64,000 bases of DNA from NCBI GenBank assembly GCA_024679065.1, contig JAGIQG010000024.1, positions 28,954,001 to 29,018,000 on the forward strand. The letters run 5' to 3'. The position numbers were made by a program, and so were the translations under genes. Position 1 is the stretch's first letter, and every line of letters begins with the position of its first letter. A model generated the notes under the pieces. The model saw nothing but the letters and a program-made list of their open reading frames with translations, did not search any database and was not told where the DNA came from. Source of the DNA: Sphyrna mokarran (taxonomy: Eukaryota). This document shows positions 24,123 to 37,775 of the stretch, in pieces.

Positions 24123-26185
24123 AAACTTGTTACATTTTATTTCTGGTAATGATAAGTTATGACAGTTCTGAATTTATCAAAGTTAATTACTTCACTTGGA
24201 AAAGAAAGGTGAATTATAGAAAATGTTACACAATACTTTGAATGCACAATTTAACATTAATAAAGTTCTTTTCTCTTCATGCTATGAAAGTGTTGCTGAT
24301 TTTATTTTATTTGCTATTCATTTTGGTGAACGCTTAGTGATATATACGGATAGCTGGGGAAACCAAGGTCAGATATGCGATCACATTCCAGGCTATTCAA
24401 ACCCACACAATGCTGACTCCAAATACTTCTCCTGACATTATGTCCTTGGGTAAAGTTCTTCAATTTGTACTACTTACATGGTTTATAAGATGATATGAGG
24501 TTGATTTTCATTCATCTTTAATAGGAATATAATCAAAATGGGGGTATGCTGTTTACAGCTCTCTTCCAACTGCCACCATTTTAATTTCTGCCCAGGCATA
24601 GGTGCCAAACTCCTGCCTGAAGCAGGTGCTTCATAAAAAATTTGGGGATTGATGTCCGATGACATTAAGTAGCACCTCAATGCCATTTGCATTCACATTA
24701 TTATGGTGCTCGCTGAGTACCAACAACTTACATAAATTTGTATTAGCTCTTTTAATTCCAAGGTTATTTAAAGCAGTGTTGTGAAACAAAATTTGATATT
24801 GAATTATGTGAAGAGATAACCAGATAACCAAAACCTTGGTCAAAGTAGCAAAGTGAGGTAGTGATTTGCAGGGACTCCCACAAGTTAGGACCAAGGCAGC
24901 TGAAAGCACTATCATCCATAGTGAAATAATTAAAGCTGGATGTATTCAAGAGATCAGGTATGGAGGAGTTGAAGGAGATTACAGCGATAGTGAGGAGTGA
25001 GGCCATGGTGGATTTTGGAAGAAAGAATGAGAGTTTTAAATTTGAGGAATTGTTTGGCGTATCTAGTCTATTTGAAAGGTGCTCACAGCCAAGTATCATA
25101 GAATCCCTATAGTGCAGAAGGAGGTTATTCAATTCATCAAGTCTGCACTGACACTAAACCCCCTGACACTAAGGGACAACTTAGCATGGCTAATCCACTC
25201 AACCTGCACATTTTTGGCCTGGGGGAGGAAACCGGAGCGTCCGGAGGAGACCTACGCAGACACTGTGAAAATGTGCAAACTCTACACTGTTGCCTGAAAC
25301 CGAAATTGAACCCGGATCCCTGGTGCAGTGCTAACCACTATGCAACACTGCTAACCATCATCAAATCATTGCCATTTGTCTGGACAGCTGAAAAATTTTC
25401 ATTGAGTATTTTCTTTTTGCTGAAAATAAGCTCTAATTGCAATTTTTTTTATTTCAAGCATTCCTCGGTGTTCCAGAAGTCAATTCAGAGAAACTCTCAA
25501 TAATTTCTGGCCTTTGCCTTATATAATTACTAAACAGTATCGGTGTGTCTTTTCCTTTAACTTTCACAAAATAGATTTTTTTAAATGTAATTGAAGCTTC
25601 TCTTAAAGCTTTACAAACTAAGGAACGTGAATGAAATGATTGAAAATTCCACATCAAAGGCAGATCTTCTTTTGGAATTAAGTTGGTTTGATGTACTTTC
25701 AATGGCTGGAGCTGGAAATCAACTGGGAAGCCTTCGCATGCCTAATCCTGCTCTTTTCCAAGCTTTCTTGCTCAATTCCAAGATTCAAAGATTGAAATAC
25801 ATTGAATGGATGCAGGTGTATTCAAATGCATGATAAGAAAAATGACATCTGACAAATTGCCAGTTACCAGCATTGCAGCAATGTTGGAAACATGGTATGC
25901 CAACATGTTCCTCTGGTGTTAATGACATGAAATATGTGGCATGATATCTTCCCATCGCTAATGTTTCACTTGAATGCTCTTACTGCAACACAGTTTCTAC
26001 TCACAGAGCCCAAGAATTCTGTTCTTTTAACCAATGGGCCAAGAGGATATCCTCCAATGCTGTTGTTGTCAAGGCCTGTAACAATGGTTTTCTTTCCTCT
26101 CCTGAGGGTAGGGTGCACATTGGAGCCAGAAATCACACAGGCACTTGCCAAAAATTTAAATAAGTCTGATCCCTGGGAATCAGAT

Positions 26186-26478
26186 TGGTGGCAAGTGACA
26201 CAGTGGTAAGCACTACTCCCGCACAGCGCAGGGGATCCAGGTTCGATTCCCAGCTTGGGTCGCTGTAAGTGTGGAGTCTATATGTTCTCCCCATGTCTGC
26301 GTGGGTTTCCTCTCGGTGCTCAAGTTTCCGCCTACCATCCAAAAGACATGCTGTTTATATGCATTGGCCATGTTAAATTCTCCTTCTGTGTACCCAAACA
26401 GGTGCCGGAATGTGGCGATTAGGGTAGCTTTATTGCAGCATTAATATAGGCCTGCTTGTAACACTAATAAATAAACTA
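26186..26478 (+). mobile_element. V-SINE (tail b)
   Basis: Head with B-box GGTTCGATTCC, V-domain, tail. Confidence 0.85.
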
Positions 26479-26919
26479 TTGCTGCCATGGACTTTGGCAG
26501 AATTAGGTTCCAAACTGCCAAAGTTACCAGATATCTCACATGCTACATGGACCAGTGCAGTTACTTTGTTATTAACAGGAATGTGTAACAATGTGGTGTA
26601 TTGAGAATAAAGCACCATAGCCCCAATAAGTTTTGAGAAGAACTGTGCGATTGTGCAAGAAAAAAGAACAAAGGAAATACAGCACAGGAACAGGCCCTTT
26701 GGCCTTCCAAGCCTGCACCAATCATGTGTTCCTAACTAGACTGTCCGTTTGTATCCCTCTCTTCCCAGTCTGTTCATGCAGTTACCTAGGTAAAGTCTTA
26801 AATGTTTGTTAAAATATTCTTTCAGAGAGTTGGTGCAGACTGGATGGGCTAAATGGTCTCTTTCTACACTGTAAGAATTCTATGATTCTATGATACATAT
26901 AAACTGGAAAAATCAGATG

Positions 26920-27626
26920 ACAAATGGTAGTGTTGTTGAGGAATTCAAAGAATGTTTTGGGAATAGTTTCTTCCATCAAGCTACACTATATGAGTATTGT
27001 ATAATAAGATAGGATAACCTCATAGTGAAAGCACCCCTAGATAGAGGAGGTCATAATATGAATGAATTTTGCATTCTGTTTGAGGGAGAGAAGAGTGAGT
27101 CCAAGACTAGTATTTTAAACTTAAATAAAGAAAATTAATAGGGCATGAAATCAGAAATAGCTAAAAGGACTTTCTTGCTATTGAGGGAATCCAGTAAAGA
27201 TTCAACAGACTGATTCCTGAAATGGCAGGACTGACATATAAAGAAAGATTGGATTGATTGAACTTGTATTTACTAGAATTTAGAAGAGGGAGAGGGGATC
27301 TCATAGAAACATATAAAATTCTGAAGGGACTGGACAGGCTAGATGAGGGAAAAATGTTCCTGATGTTGGGGAAGTCTAGAATTAGGGGTCACAATCTAAG
27401 AATAAGGGACACATCATTCAGGACTGAGATGAGGAAGAACATCTTCAATCAGAGATTGTGAACATTGCAATCCTGTACCACATAAAACTGCTGGGACCAG
27501 TTCATTCGGGATCAAGGGGTATGGAGCGGGACATTGAGAGTGTATGATCAGCCATTATCATATTGAATGGTGATATTGGTTTGAAGGGCCAAATGGCCTA
27601 CTTCTGCACTTGTTTTCTATGTTTCT
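26920..27626 (+). mobile_element. CR1-clade LINE fragments
   Basis: RRGRGDLIETYKILKG...RGHNL; CR1 tail. Confidence 0.8.
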
Positions 27627-27819
27627 AAAGTGAAGGCAACGGATTGGTCAATTGCAATGTAGCAGCAGATATTTAAAGGGGGAGGTTCAGGAATGTGATG
27701 AAGGGAAACCTGCAGTTGTACTGTACTTAGATTTCCGGAAGATATTTGGTAAGATGCTTCTTCAAATGTCATTACAGAATATAAAAACTCATGGCGCATG
27801 GGAAGCGGATGCAGTGGAA

Positions 27820-28197
27820 TTATAGAATCATAGAACCATACAGTGCACGAAGAGACCTTTCGGCCCATCAAGTCTGCACTGACCACAATCCCACCCAGGC
27901 CCTACCTCCATATCCCTACATATTTTACCCACTAATCCCTCTAACCTAAGCATCACAGGACACTAAGGGGCAATTTTTTTTAGCATGGCCAATCAACTTA
28001 ATTCGCACATCTTTCGATTGTGGGGGAAACCAGAGGACCCAGAGGAAACTGTTTCCTGTGCTGTTTTGTTCTTTGTTCTTTGAAACTCACGCAGACATGA
28101 GGAAAATATGCAAACTCCACACAGACAATGGAATTGAACCCAGGTCCCTAGAGTTGTAAAGCAACAGTGCTAATCACTGTGTTACCGTGCCGCCCTG
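27820..28197 (-). mobile_element. V-SINE (tail a)
   Basis: Head, V-domain, tail; small CR1-tail insert at about 28050-28082. Confidence 0.8.
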
Positions 28198-28803
28198 CTG
28201 TGGAGGTGAGCGATCTTACAAATTAAATTCTAAGTCCAGGATGAGTGTGAAGAAGGGAGAGTTTCTGATCCACTTTAGGAGTGAGTCCAAATCTGCTATC
28301 TCATGCATTTAGTTAATCTCATCCCATCTCTATCAAAAACTGTTTCAACTATAGGGGAGGAGAGTGAGGCTTAAATTGCCCGAATGTTGGCTGAGAGCAG
28401 CAGAGGGCACAATCGCACTTGCGCAGCCCCTCAGCAGTGAAAGCAGAGAGTCCTGTCACTCAGCTTCTGCTGCTCTCAACCATGCCTAAACACAGCAACC
28501 CTTAACCAGTGCAGGAGACTTGTAGTCTATCATGATCTGCCCCTCCCCCCCTCACCCAGCTGGACCGATCTAACCCTGTATCCGTCCCCCTTGCCCAGGC
28601 CGTCCTCACCCTCCAACCTCTACAAATCGCAATGCAGAGTAAAATTGGGCCTCCCTGATGACCAACCTGACCACCCCCAACCCCCTCCCTCCCTCCCTTG
28701 CCCAGCCCCACTAATTTCCTGAAGTTGATTTCCCAGCTCTCACGCGACCTTACTGGCTTGCTCCACTTGTCAGTCGGTGGAGCGCAACGGTAAGATTGCC
28801 CCC

Positions 28804-29990
28804 ATGGTGTAGGAGTTACATATTGGCACGAATAGAAAACTGGCTAACTGATTGAGAACAGAAAATAGGCTTAAAGAGGCATACTTCTTGTTGGCAGGAT
28901 ATAACAAATAATGTGCCACAAAGATCAGTGCCTGGGGCCGCAACCTTTTATAATTTATACAAATGAATTGGATGAAGCGATTGAAGTATGGCTGCCAAGT
29001 TTAATGATGACACAAAGATAGGTAGGAAAGTAAGTTGTGAAGGGGACATAAAAAGACTATAAAGAGTATAAGTCCAAACATGTGCAGGTTAGGTTGCCTG
29101 GCCATGCTAAAATTGTCCCTTAGTGTCTTGAGGTGCAAAGATCAGAGGGATTAGTGGTTAAATATGTAGGGATATGGGGTAGGTCCTAAGTGGGATTGTG
29201 GTGGGTACAGACTCAATGGGCCAAATGGCCTCTTTCTGCACTGTAAGGTTTTTATGATTTCATGAAATGAGGGGGCAAAGGACTGACAAATGGAGTGTAA
29301 TTATGATGTGGGAAATATGAAATTGTCCATTTTAGCAGGAAGAATAAAAAAGCTTATTATTTAAATGGTGAGAGATTGCAGAGCTCTGAGATTCAAAGGA
29401 ATCTGGGTATCTTTGTGTATGAATCGCAAAAAAACAAGTACAGCAAGTCATTAACAAAGCTAATAGAATGTTTTCTATTATTATTGTAAGTATACATAAG
29501 CAATAAATACTGCTTATTTAAGAAAGTATGTAAATGCATTAGATGCAGTTTGATTGATACCAGGAACAGGTGGGTTGTCTTTTGAGGAAAAGTTGGGCAG
29601 GCAAGGTTTATATCCATTGGAGTTCAGAAGAATAAGAGATGACTTGACTGAATCTTAAATGTCCTGAGTGGTCTTGAAAGGTTGGACGTGGAGAAGGTAT
29701 TTCCTCTTGTGGGAGAATCTAGAATGAGGGATCACTGTTTAAAAATATAGGGTTGCTGAGGGAGAATTTTTCTCCCTCAGAGGACCATGAGTCTTTGAAA
29801 CTCTCTTGCTCCAAAAGCAGGGGAAATGGAGTCATTAAATAGTTTTAAGGCAGCAGTAGATAAGCTCTTAATAAGAGTTGGTAAAAGAGGTAGGCTGGAG
29901 TTCACATTGAAATTAGCCATGATCATATTGAATGGTGGAGCAGCTTCAAGGGGCTCAGTGGCCTACTCCTTCTCCTAATTTGTATTTCGG
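28804..29990 (+). mobile_element. Old CR1-clade LINE RT fragment with a nested SINE piece (about 29070-29262)
   Basis: Degenerate gtgccacaaagatcagtg and gatgacacaaagat motifs and CR1 tail. Confidence 0.75.
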
Positions 29991-32900
29991 TGTGTCTGTA
30001 TGTTTTTTTATCTGGGCCAGATGAGAATAGTGCAGCAGTTTCCTGATAACTTCAGCCGACTGCAGGAGGGGTGGAGGTGAGGAGTCAGGTAGTCAGTGGA
30101 AGATGGGTGATCAGTGGGGGTGGGGCAGTAGGGAGATCAGTAACAATGGTGATCAGGGGATTGGTTAGATGGTCTGTGGGCTGAGAGTGTTGTTGGGGAT
30201 GATGGGTTAGTCAGTGGTTACCTCAGAGATTATAGGGATAGTTTGAAGATCACGAGGGTAGTTGGAAAGGCAGGAGGCTAATCAGAAATCAAGATAATCT
30301 GGGGACTGGGAATAGTGACGGGCTTGAGAGGACAGTTGAGAAATAGGGTGGACGGGTTGTGGGAAGTGGCCAGGAAAGTATTTGGAGGTCCAATAAGAAT
30401 AGTGCATGTGGGGGATGCAACAGAGGCGGAGCTAACCAACCAAAGTTGATCATTTAAATTGGTGTTTCAAATCGTTCCCAGTGCAGTCCATGGGAAGCTA
30501 AAACTTGCTGGGAAGCTAGATGCAAATCTCGTCTTTGGGATAATTCTCCCCTCCCCTGTTCCCTCCGACTACCCCCCTCCCACTTCTCCTCCCCTTCTTA
30601 CAATCCCCCTGAGTGATGCTCTGGGTCATCTGACCCTGATATGAAGAATATATTGGGCTGAATTCCCCTGAACTGGGGTTAAATGCCCGCACTGGTTGGA
30701 AAACTTGAGTGTTCCCATTGCATTGGCAGTGTCTTTCAGGTAGAATTCATTCCTGAAAAATGCTAACAAGCTCATATCGAGAAACCTGCCAGCCAGCCCC
30801 GCTGTTCTGAGATTGGGCTATTGTTTTAAAAGATCCATGCTCGGAGCCACGTCCCCCTTTCCCCCACAAAAAATGAAATAGTGCTCCCCACCCCTCCCTC
30901 CCAACCCCAACCATCAGCCCCTCTCCTCCCCACCTCAGTGACCAGGGGTGTACCACCAATCCCTCATCAAAGAAGAGCATCCTCCCCTCATCCACAAATA
31001 ATAGGTCACCCCTCCCCACACCAGGCAGGCATAAGGGTAATTCAACCCGTCACTGAACACTCCCCCTCCCTTCAGTGGCATATTGGGCAGTGGCTTTAAT
31101 GGCAAAAGGCGAAGAACTGGTTGTGACGGCAGTGATGAAGTTTCACATTGAAAAGCTGTGAGAGAGAGACAGAGACAGAATGTTAAATAAAGGCTGAACT
31201 CTGAGGCAGCAAGGTAGCGGAGCTGTGTTCAGTTTTCAGTAATCACAATAAAGACTGTGTCTTTGAGGGTTAAATTGGGACAAAACTAACCCATGTTAAT
31301 TGCTGCTTTATTTTGTAACTGTAGTTTGGGAAATGGATTACATAATGCGTATCCATGGGTATGGGAAGATTGAGATAGAAATGAGTAGGTGTTATTGGTT
31401 AATGCTAGTTCTGTAATAGCTAATGTGATATATTGAAGTGTGCGTGCATAAAAAGTTATTGCGTAACTGTGCAACGGCAGAATTGAGATATTAACCTGTT
31501 TGATATCAGTTTTTGTATTTCTGTTCCTTAAGTATGTGAACAAAACTTGACATAAAGTTTTTGAAGGTAATCTCTCTAGAAGCAGTTTGATTTGATTTAT
31601 TATTGCTTCCGCTGGGTGCTCCTGTTTCCTCCCACAATCCAGAGATGTGCAGGTTAGGTTGATTGGCCATGCTCAATTGATCTTAGTGTCAGGGAGATTA
31701 GCAAGGTAAATGTGTGGGGTTAGGGGAATAGAGCCTGGGGAGAATCAGGTCATGTCATCTTCATGTCTGCATGGTGTGTCAGGGAAGGGGGAGGAGGTGA
31801 CCTGTGAATTTGAGGGGTGAGAGAAGCATGCCCTTCTTTTCTTGAGGATTTGGTGGTTCTCCTCTGAGTGTTTGGGCTGCAGCACACTATGTACCCATTC
31901 GTCGGTAGCGCCATGTAAAGCCCTTTGGGTACCGTTCCTATTGGCTGGGCGGGTAAATGGCAGGAGGCTGGTGAATGGCCTATCAAACCTGCAAATGCTA
32001 TTCAAATTGGCAGGTTTGCAATAACTATCAGCTTGCTGCCCACTCTGCCCGACTGGGGTTGGTGGGACTGGGCGGGAAATCCCAAGAGTCCTCGCCAATT
32101 AGGAATCTCCATTTTTCCCCGATACCCCACCCACCAGGGCGATGAGATTCTCACTTGCTGTCTGAAGAGAACAGAGGATCAGGCCCTTCATTAACAGCCC
32201 CTTACAATTAACATAGCTATGAACCCTTTATTCCACACAGCAGCGATGCTGATGATAATGCAGGTTATGGGCAGTACGGTGGCACAGTGGTTATCACTGC
32301 TGCCTCACAGCGCCAGGGATCTGGGTTCGATTCTCGGCTTTGGTCGCCAACTACATTGAGTTTGCACATTTTCCCAGTACCTGCGTCAGTTTCTTCAGGG
32401 TGGTTTTCTCCCACAGTCTGAAAGACGTACTGGTTAGGTGCATTGACCCGAACTGATGCCAGAGTATCGTGGCTAGATAGGGAGGCCAGACGTCCGACTT
32501 TAGGCCGAACAGACCGACTTTTGAGCACTCTGTCCATCGCTACCTCGAGCCGGATGTTAATTTGTCCTCTGTTTTTTTGGGTCTGACTGAAAAACTTACA
32601 TAAATTACCTCAGGTATACTTAAAACAGTGGGAACTGAAAACTATAACAACCGTTAACGCATTTTTATTATATGTAGTTGCCATTGTCAACTCTGCTGAT
32701 GAGCTACAGTGTACGAGTCACGTCAACACGTCAGAGAGGATCAGTCTGCCCAAGGCTTCAGTGTAGAATGGTTGACTTTCTTTGTTCTTGTTTCAAGCCC
32801 CTAAAGAAATGCCAAAAAGAAAGACTATATTTAACCATGAACGGGCCAAAGAATTTGGACTTACTGCTAAAAGCAGAAAAGATGACTTCCATGTTTTTTG

Positions 32901-34049
32901 TACACGATGCCGTTGTGATGTGGAGATTGTCAGCAAGGGAAAAAGTACAGTTGAATGACATGCTAGCACAGATAAACATAAAGTTAACACTCGCACTGCT
33001 AGTACGTCATCATTGTTATAATTTTTCTCCCCAGCTCGATCAACTCAAGATAACAAAATCTTGGCTGCCGAACTGTGTAAAGTATATCATGATGATGCTT
33101 CACAGCAGTCATACAGAAGAGTTGATTGTGGAGTAAAAGTTGACAAAGAAATATACAGTGACTCACTGATAGTGAAAAATATAACAAGTGGAAAAACTAA
33201 ACCAAAAGTTCTGTGTGAAAATATTCTGGCACCATATTCTGTCCAAAAGCATGTGGAGTATATCAAAAAACATGGCTTGTTCTTTTCAATAGCAAATGAT
33301 GCTTCAAACAAATGTGCAACAAACTGTTTCCCAATACTTCCGAGACGCTTTCATTTTGAGAAGGGAGTGCAATCTGTGTTACTTGACTTTTACAGTGATA
33401 ATAATGAATCATCAGAGGACATAACCAATCAGCTACTGGTTAAACTAGAGACATCTGAATAAAGTGCCTGCATACACTGCTGACAATGCAAGTGTAAACT
33501 GTGGAAAACACAACAGTGCTTACCAAAAACTGAAAACGGCTCAAAAGAACATTATTGCTGCAAATTGTCTGGCCCACATTTTGTACAATGCAAGAAGGTT
33601 TGCTACAGGAAAACTGGAAATTGATGTTGAAAATATTTTGCTCAAAGTGTACAACCATTTCAGCATCTCAGCTAAAAGAACAGCACAGCTAAAGGAATTC
33701 TGTGAATTCGTGGATGTTGATAATTGTAATCTGTTATGGCATGTTGTGACTAGATGTCTCTCTCTTTTGCCATCTATTGACAGAATAGAATTGCTGGGAA
33801 GTCCTAAAAAGTTATTTTCAGAATCTAGGTGAGGAGGAGTGTCCTCAGCTACTGTGAAAGTGCTTTGGAGATGAAGGGAATGCCTGCAGATCATCAGAGA
33901 TCTATTTCTTCTTCCTCAGTCATACTCTTAAATTGTTCTCAGACACTGTCGAAGTACTAGAAACCAAGTCATTCAGCACAATTTCAGTATTAAAGCTAAT
34001 GGCTGAACTGAAAAGCAAACTTGAAAGAAGAATAAAGGACTGTTTTTTG

Positions 34050-34110
34050 AGTTTACTATCAAATAAATCAGTTGGACTAAAACCTGGTGTTGTCAGACTT
34101 CTTACTATTT
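34050..34110 (+). mobile_element. 61-bp Penelope pLTR fragment inserted into the hAT transposase, 9-bp TSD
   Basis: actatcaaataaatcagttggactaaaacctggtgttg...; TGTTTTTTG at 34041-34049 and 34111-34119. Confidence 0.7.
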
Positions 34111-34437
34111 TGTTTTTTGCTCTGCAGTGAACACCAAGCTTAGCCAGCTTACCCTTGATGTGTCTAAGAAACGTGAAGCAAACTTCGTTGTCTTCTATGA
34201 AAGAGTCAGAACGTACTTAAGTTACAGGTGTGACTTCTCCGAAAACAGCTTTCGTAGCAAAGTATCAAAATTAAGCCTAATAAGTGTCATACATTTTGAG
34301 AATTCTGTGATGCAATCAAGGCCTGTAACCTTCAAGATATTGATATGGTGAATTATATGAAGACTAGGGGATTGTGGAGGCAATTCTCAATACTCCTGAG
34401 ATGATTAGATAGCCATAGTGAAGAACATTATCTCAAG

Positions 34438-35990
34438 TAAATGGATAAGTAGCTGGCTTGGTAATAGGAGACAGAGAGTAATAGTGGAAGGGTGTTTTTC
34501 TAGCTGGAGGTCGGTCACTAGTGGTGTGCCGCAGGGCTCGGTACTGGGACCTCTTCTATTTGTAATATATATAAATGACTTGGAAGAGGGAGTAAGCGGA
34601 GTGATCAGCAAGTTTGCAGACGATACAAAGATGGCTGGACTTGCGGATAGTGAGGAGCATTGTCAGGCGATGCAGCAGGACATAGATAGGCTGGTAGCTT
34701 GGGCAGACAGATGGCAGATGGAATTCAATCCTGGTAAATGTGAGGTGATGCATTTCGGGAGAAAGAATGTAGGGGGGAGGTATATGATAAAGGGTAGACC
34801 TATTAAGAGTATAGAAACGCAGAGGGACCTGGGGGTGCAGGTGAACAAGTCTCTGAAGGTGGCAGAGCAAGTGGAGAAGGTTGTGAAGAAAGCATATAGT
34901 ATGTTAGCCTTTATAGGAAGGGGTATAGAGTACAAGAGTTGGCCTTTAATATTGCAGTTGTATAAAACGTTGGTTAGACTTCATTTGGAATACTGTGTCC
35001 AGCTCTGGTCGCCCTACTACTGGAAGGATGTGGAGACTCTGGAGAGAGTGCAGAGGAGATTTACCAGGATACTGCCTGGTTTGGAAGGTCTGAGTTACGA
35101 GGAGAGGTTAGGCAAATTGGGACTGTTTTCCTTAAAAAGACGTAGACTTAAAGGAGATCTAATAGAGGTATACAAGATTGAGGGGTATAGATAGAGTAAA
35201 CAGGGTTAAGCTTTTTCCTAGGATGGACTCGAATAGCACGAGGGGTGATGGGCTTAGAGTGAGGGGGGTAAGGTATAATTTGGATGCTAGAGGGAGTTTT
35301 TTCACACGGAGGGTGGTGGGGGTATGGAATGCGCTGCCAAGTAAAGTGGCGGAGGCAGGTACTCTGGAGTTATTTAAGAAATACTTAGATGGGCACATGA
35401 ACAGAATGGGAATGGAGGGGTATAGAAAACTGATTTAAAATAGGGATCATGAGCCTTGGGAGTCCCTGGGAAGTGTGTAAATAGATGATGATATTGATGT
35501 ACTTGTTTTTATCCTACAGGTGCTTTGGTCCACCTTGTTGTCTAACGAGGGGCATACACACGATGGGTCGTGAGAGGGCTGCTCTTGGATTTTTTTCGAG
35601 AGTATCCTAGTGCTTCACGTCGTTAGTGTATGCTTGACCTGGACCATTTGATGGACAACACGACAGCTCAGTGACTATCGCTGTGCTGTGCAGATACATG
35701 GATTTGGGCCTGTGTCTGTGGGAGTTTGCACATTCTCCCCGTGCTTGCATGGGTTTTCTCCGGGTGCTCCGGTTTCCTCCCACATCCCAATGATGTGATC
35801 TTAGGCTAATTGGCAAAACAAATTCTCCCTAAATTGTCTCAAATTTGGTTTTTTAATCCATAGATCTATAAACATGGACAAGGATCACGGGTACAGGTGG
35901 GAACATTGGGGTGGCGGCGCGGGCTCGTTAGGCCGAAGGGCCTGTTTCCCATGCTGTTTTGTTCTTTGTTCTTTGTTTGTTCTTTGTTCT
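34438..35990 (+). mobile_element. 5'-truncated CR1-clade LINE (RT C-terminal half) plus a V-SINE-like segment, nested in the hAT
   Basis: ORF 34418..35194 GVPQGSVLGP, KFADD, LEYCVQLWSP, RRRLKGDLIEVYK; one frameshift; ends in a (TGTTCTT)n tail. Confidence 0.92.
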
Positions 35991-37775
35991 AAATCCAAAG
36001 TCTCTTTTACAAACCTGAAGAAGGTGAGTGCTTATATCTTCTCTATTCATGCGGCAATGCTCACACAGAATGAGTTTTTTTCAATGATGGCCTCAGTTTG
36101 GAGAAACCAGAGAAACTGTCTGCAAGTTGATTCAGTCAAAGCAGAGCTCCAAGTATGTAACAGCTTCTCAGAAGAGTGCCCAGCCACATACAAAAAGCTC
36201 CTGGCCAACAGAAAACCACTGAAGATGCCAAGTAAAGGGCAGAAATACAAAAAATAAATCTCCATACCTGGCAGTCCATGGTACACCAAAGTAGTCTATT
36301 TCCTTTAGTTTGTGAAGTTAATTTGGTTAGCATATCTGCCTCAGCAGGAGTAAAAATGAATATTCATTTCTTTTAGTTTTTTTATTTATACTGTATGAAT
36401 TCATGTTTACAATATGCAGAATGATGAGTCATTGAATAGATAAAGGGCTCTGGCAGAAAATCGCTGATTGATGAAATAACTAGGATATTGCTGAATTTAT
36501 ATGGGCAAAGAAAGTATTATGTTAGAATTTTCATTTAATAAAATAACTAAAGTGATCATCTGTTTGCATTTGTTGTTTTTGCAATACGGTTTAAATTTCA
36601 TTTAAAAAAAAGTTTTGAAATGCACTGTACATAGATGGTAACTTTGACCACGTTTTACAATATCCTCCTTTTTGGAAACGGCCATCCTATGCATGTTAAA
36701 GTGAGTCTTACTTGTGACTGACAACGAAATTTTATTTCACTTTAAGTTCAATTCATCCATTCTCAAGACTAGAAATTGGACGGTGAAAACAGTAATGGGC
36801 GTTGGCTTTTGTAGGTTTGCTGACGTTTTGAAAGTTTGGGCGTTGCTTCTTAGCACGTGAAAGATTTCAGTGCCGATTATAAGCATCAAGATCCGTTTAC
36901 CGGCTGGACGTGGATGGTGTACTGTACCTGGCTAATTCGAACATATATCCGGTAAAGGTAAAGATATTGAAGGGAAATCTAGGTTAGTAATTGCAGTATG
37001 GAGTTCTTTTTAATAATTTTAACCATGATTCTAAGTAGGAAGCGACAATATATTTAGAAGCTGTTATTGTGAAAGGCTCTGTTGTTCGTGCAGAGGGAAC
37101 AGCAACACTCGCAGCCTCCTTTGTTTCCCGGCTGTGAAGTTCCCCTCCTGAAATTCCTCTCAATTAATTCTCTACTAACGTGTTAAACCCGCCCGTTTCA
37201 CACTCTCCGGGAATCAGACATGAACGTAAGCTTTCATCGGCGTTATAATGAATGTTGATGCATATTGAAAAGCTTCAGAGTGCACGAGAAACTCCGCGGT
37301 TTAGAATTGATTGAGATTAGTTACTGGGCAAATGAGAATTTGACCACTAGTTTAAAGCACATCTTGAAAGCTGATGAACAAAGGGATTGGGGACGATGCA
37401 TCTCGTATAACCACTGAGGATGGGAAAAGTTTAGCACGAGTACTTGTGAATGATTTGCAAGTTATGAGGATGTGGGGAAGGGTATTAGAATTGGGGACTG
37501 GGATTGAATGCTGGTAAATATGACTGAATGATACAGATTACTACAAGTGTTTAACCCAAGGAGTGAGCAATGGATAGAGTCACAGAATCCTTATAGTGCA
37601 GAAGAAGACCATTCAGCCCCTTAAGTCTGCACGAACTTCCCAGCATTTTATTCAGCCCACCCCAGTCTTAACCCCATGTATTCAACCCGATAATCCCCTG
37701 AACCAATATATCTTGGACACTAAGGGACAATTTAGCATAATCAATCTACCTAACCCCCACGTTGTTGAAGAGCAA

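Larger units (their letters stand above)
32478..36689 (+). mobile_element. Decayed hAT-superfamily (hAT5-like) DNA transposon with nested insertions
   Basis: ATG 32809 MPKRKTIFN...FCTRCRC...H...KH zinc finger; ANDASNK, YTADNASVN, ANCLAHIL, HVVTRCLSLLP; hATC motif NAHTE*VFSMM...RNCLQVDSVKAELQV near 36050-36160; imperfect TIRs TAGGGAGGCC / GGCCATCCTA. Confidence 0.85.

Noticed and set aside
25400-26170. Possible decayed coding or DNA-transposon fragment
   Set aside because: No consistent motif in any frame; cannot be supported without a search.
26186-26260. tRNA gene (A-box/B-box GGTTCGATTCC)
   Set aside because: It is the tRNA-derived head of a V-SINE with no complete cloverleaf; the same applies to all similar copies.
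32678-33832. Domesticated zinc-finger/transposase gene
   Set aside because: Multiple stops, frameshifts and nested TEs; TIRs are still present, so it is a fossil transposon.
34418-35194. 258-aa reverse transcriptase ORF as a host gene or novel RT system
   Set aside because: It is a 5'-truncated CR1 LINE with a downstream frameshift and the typical tail.
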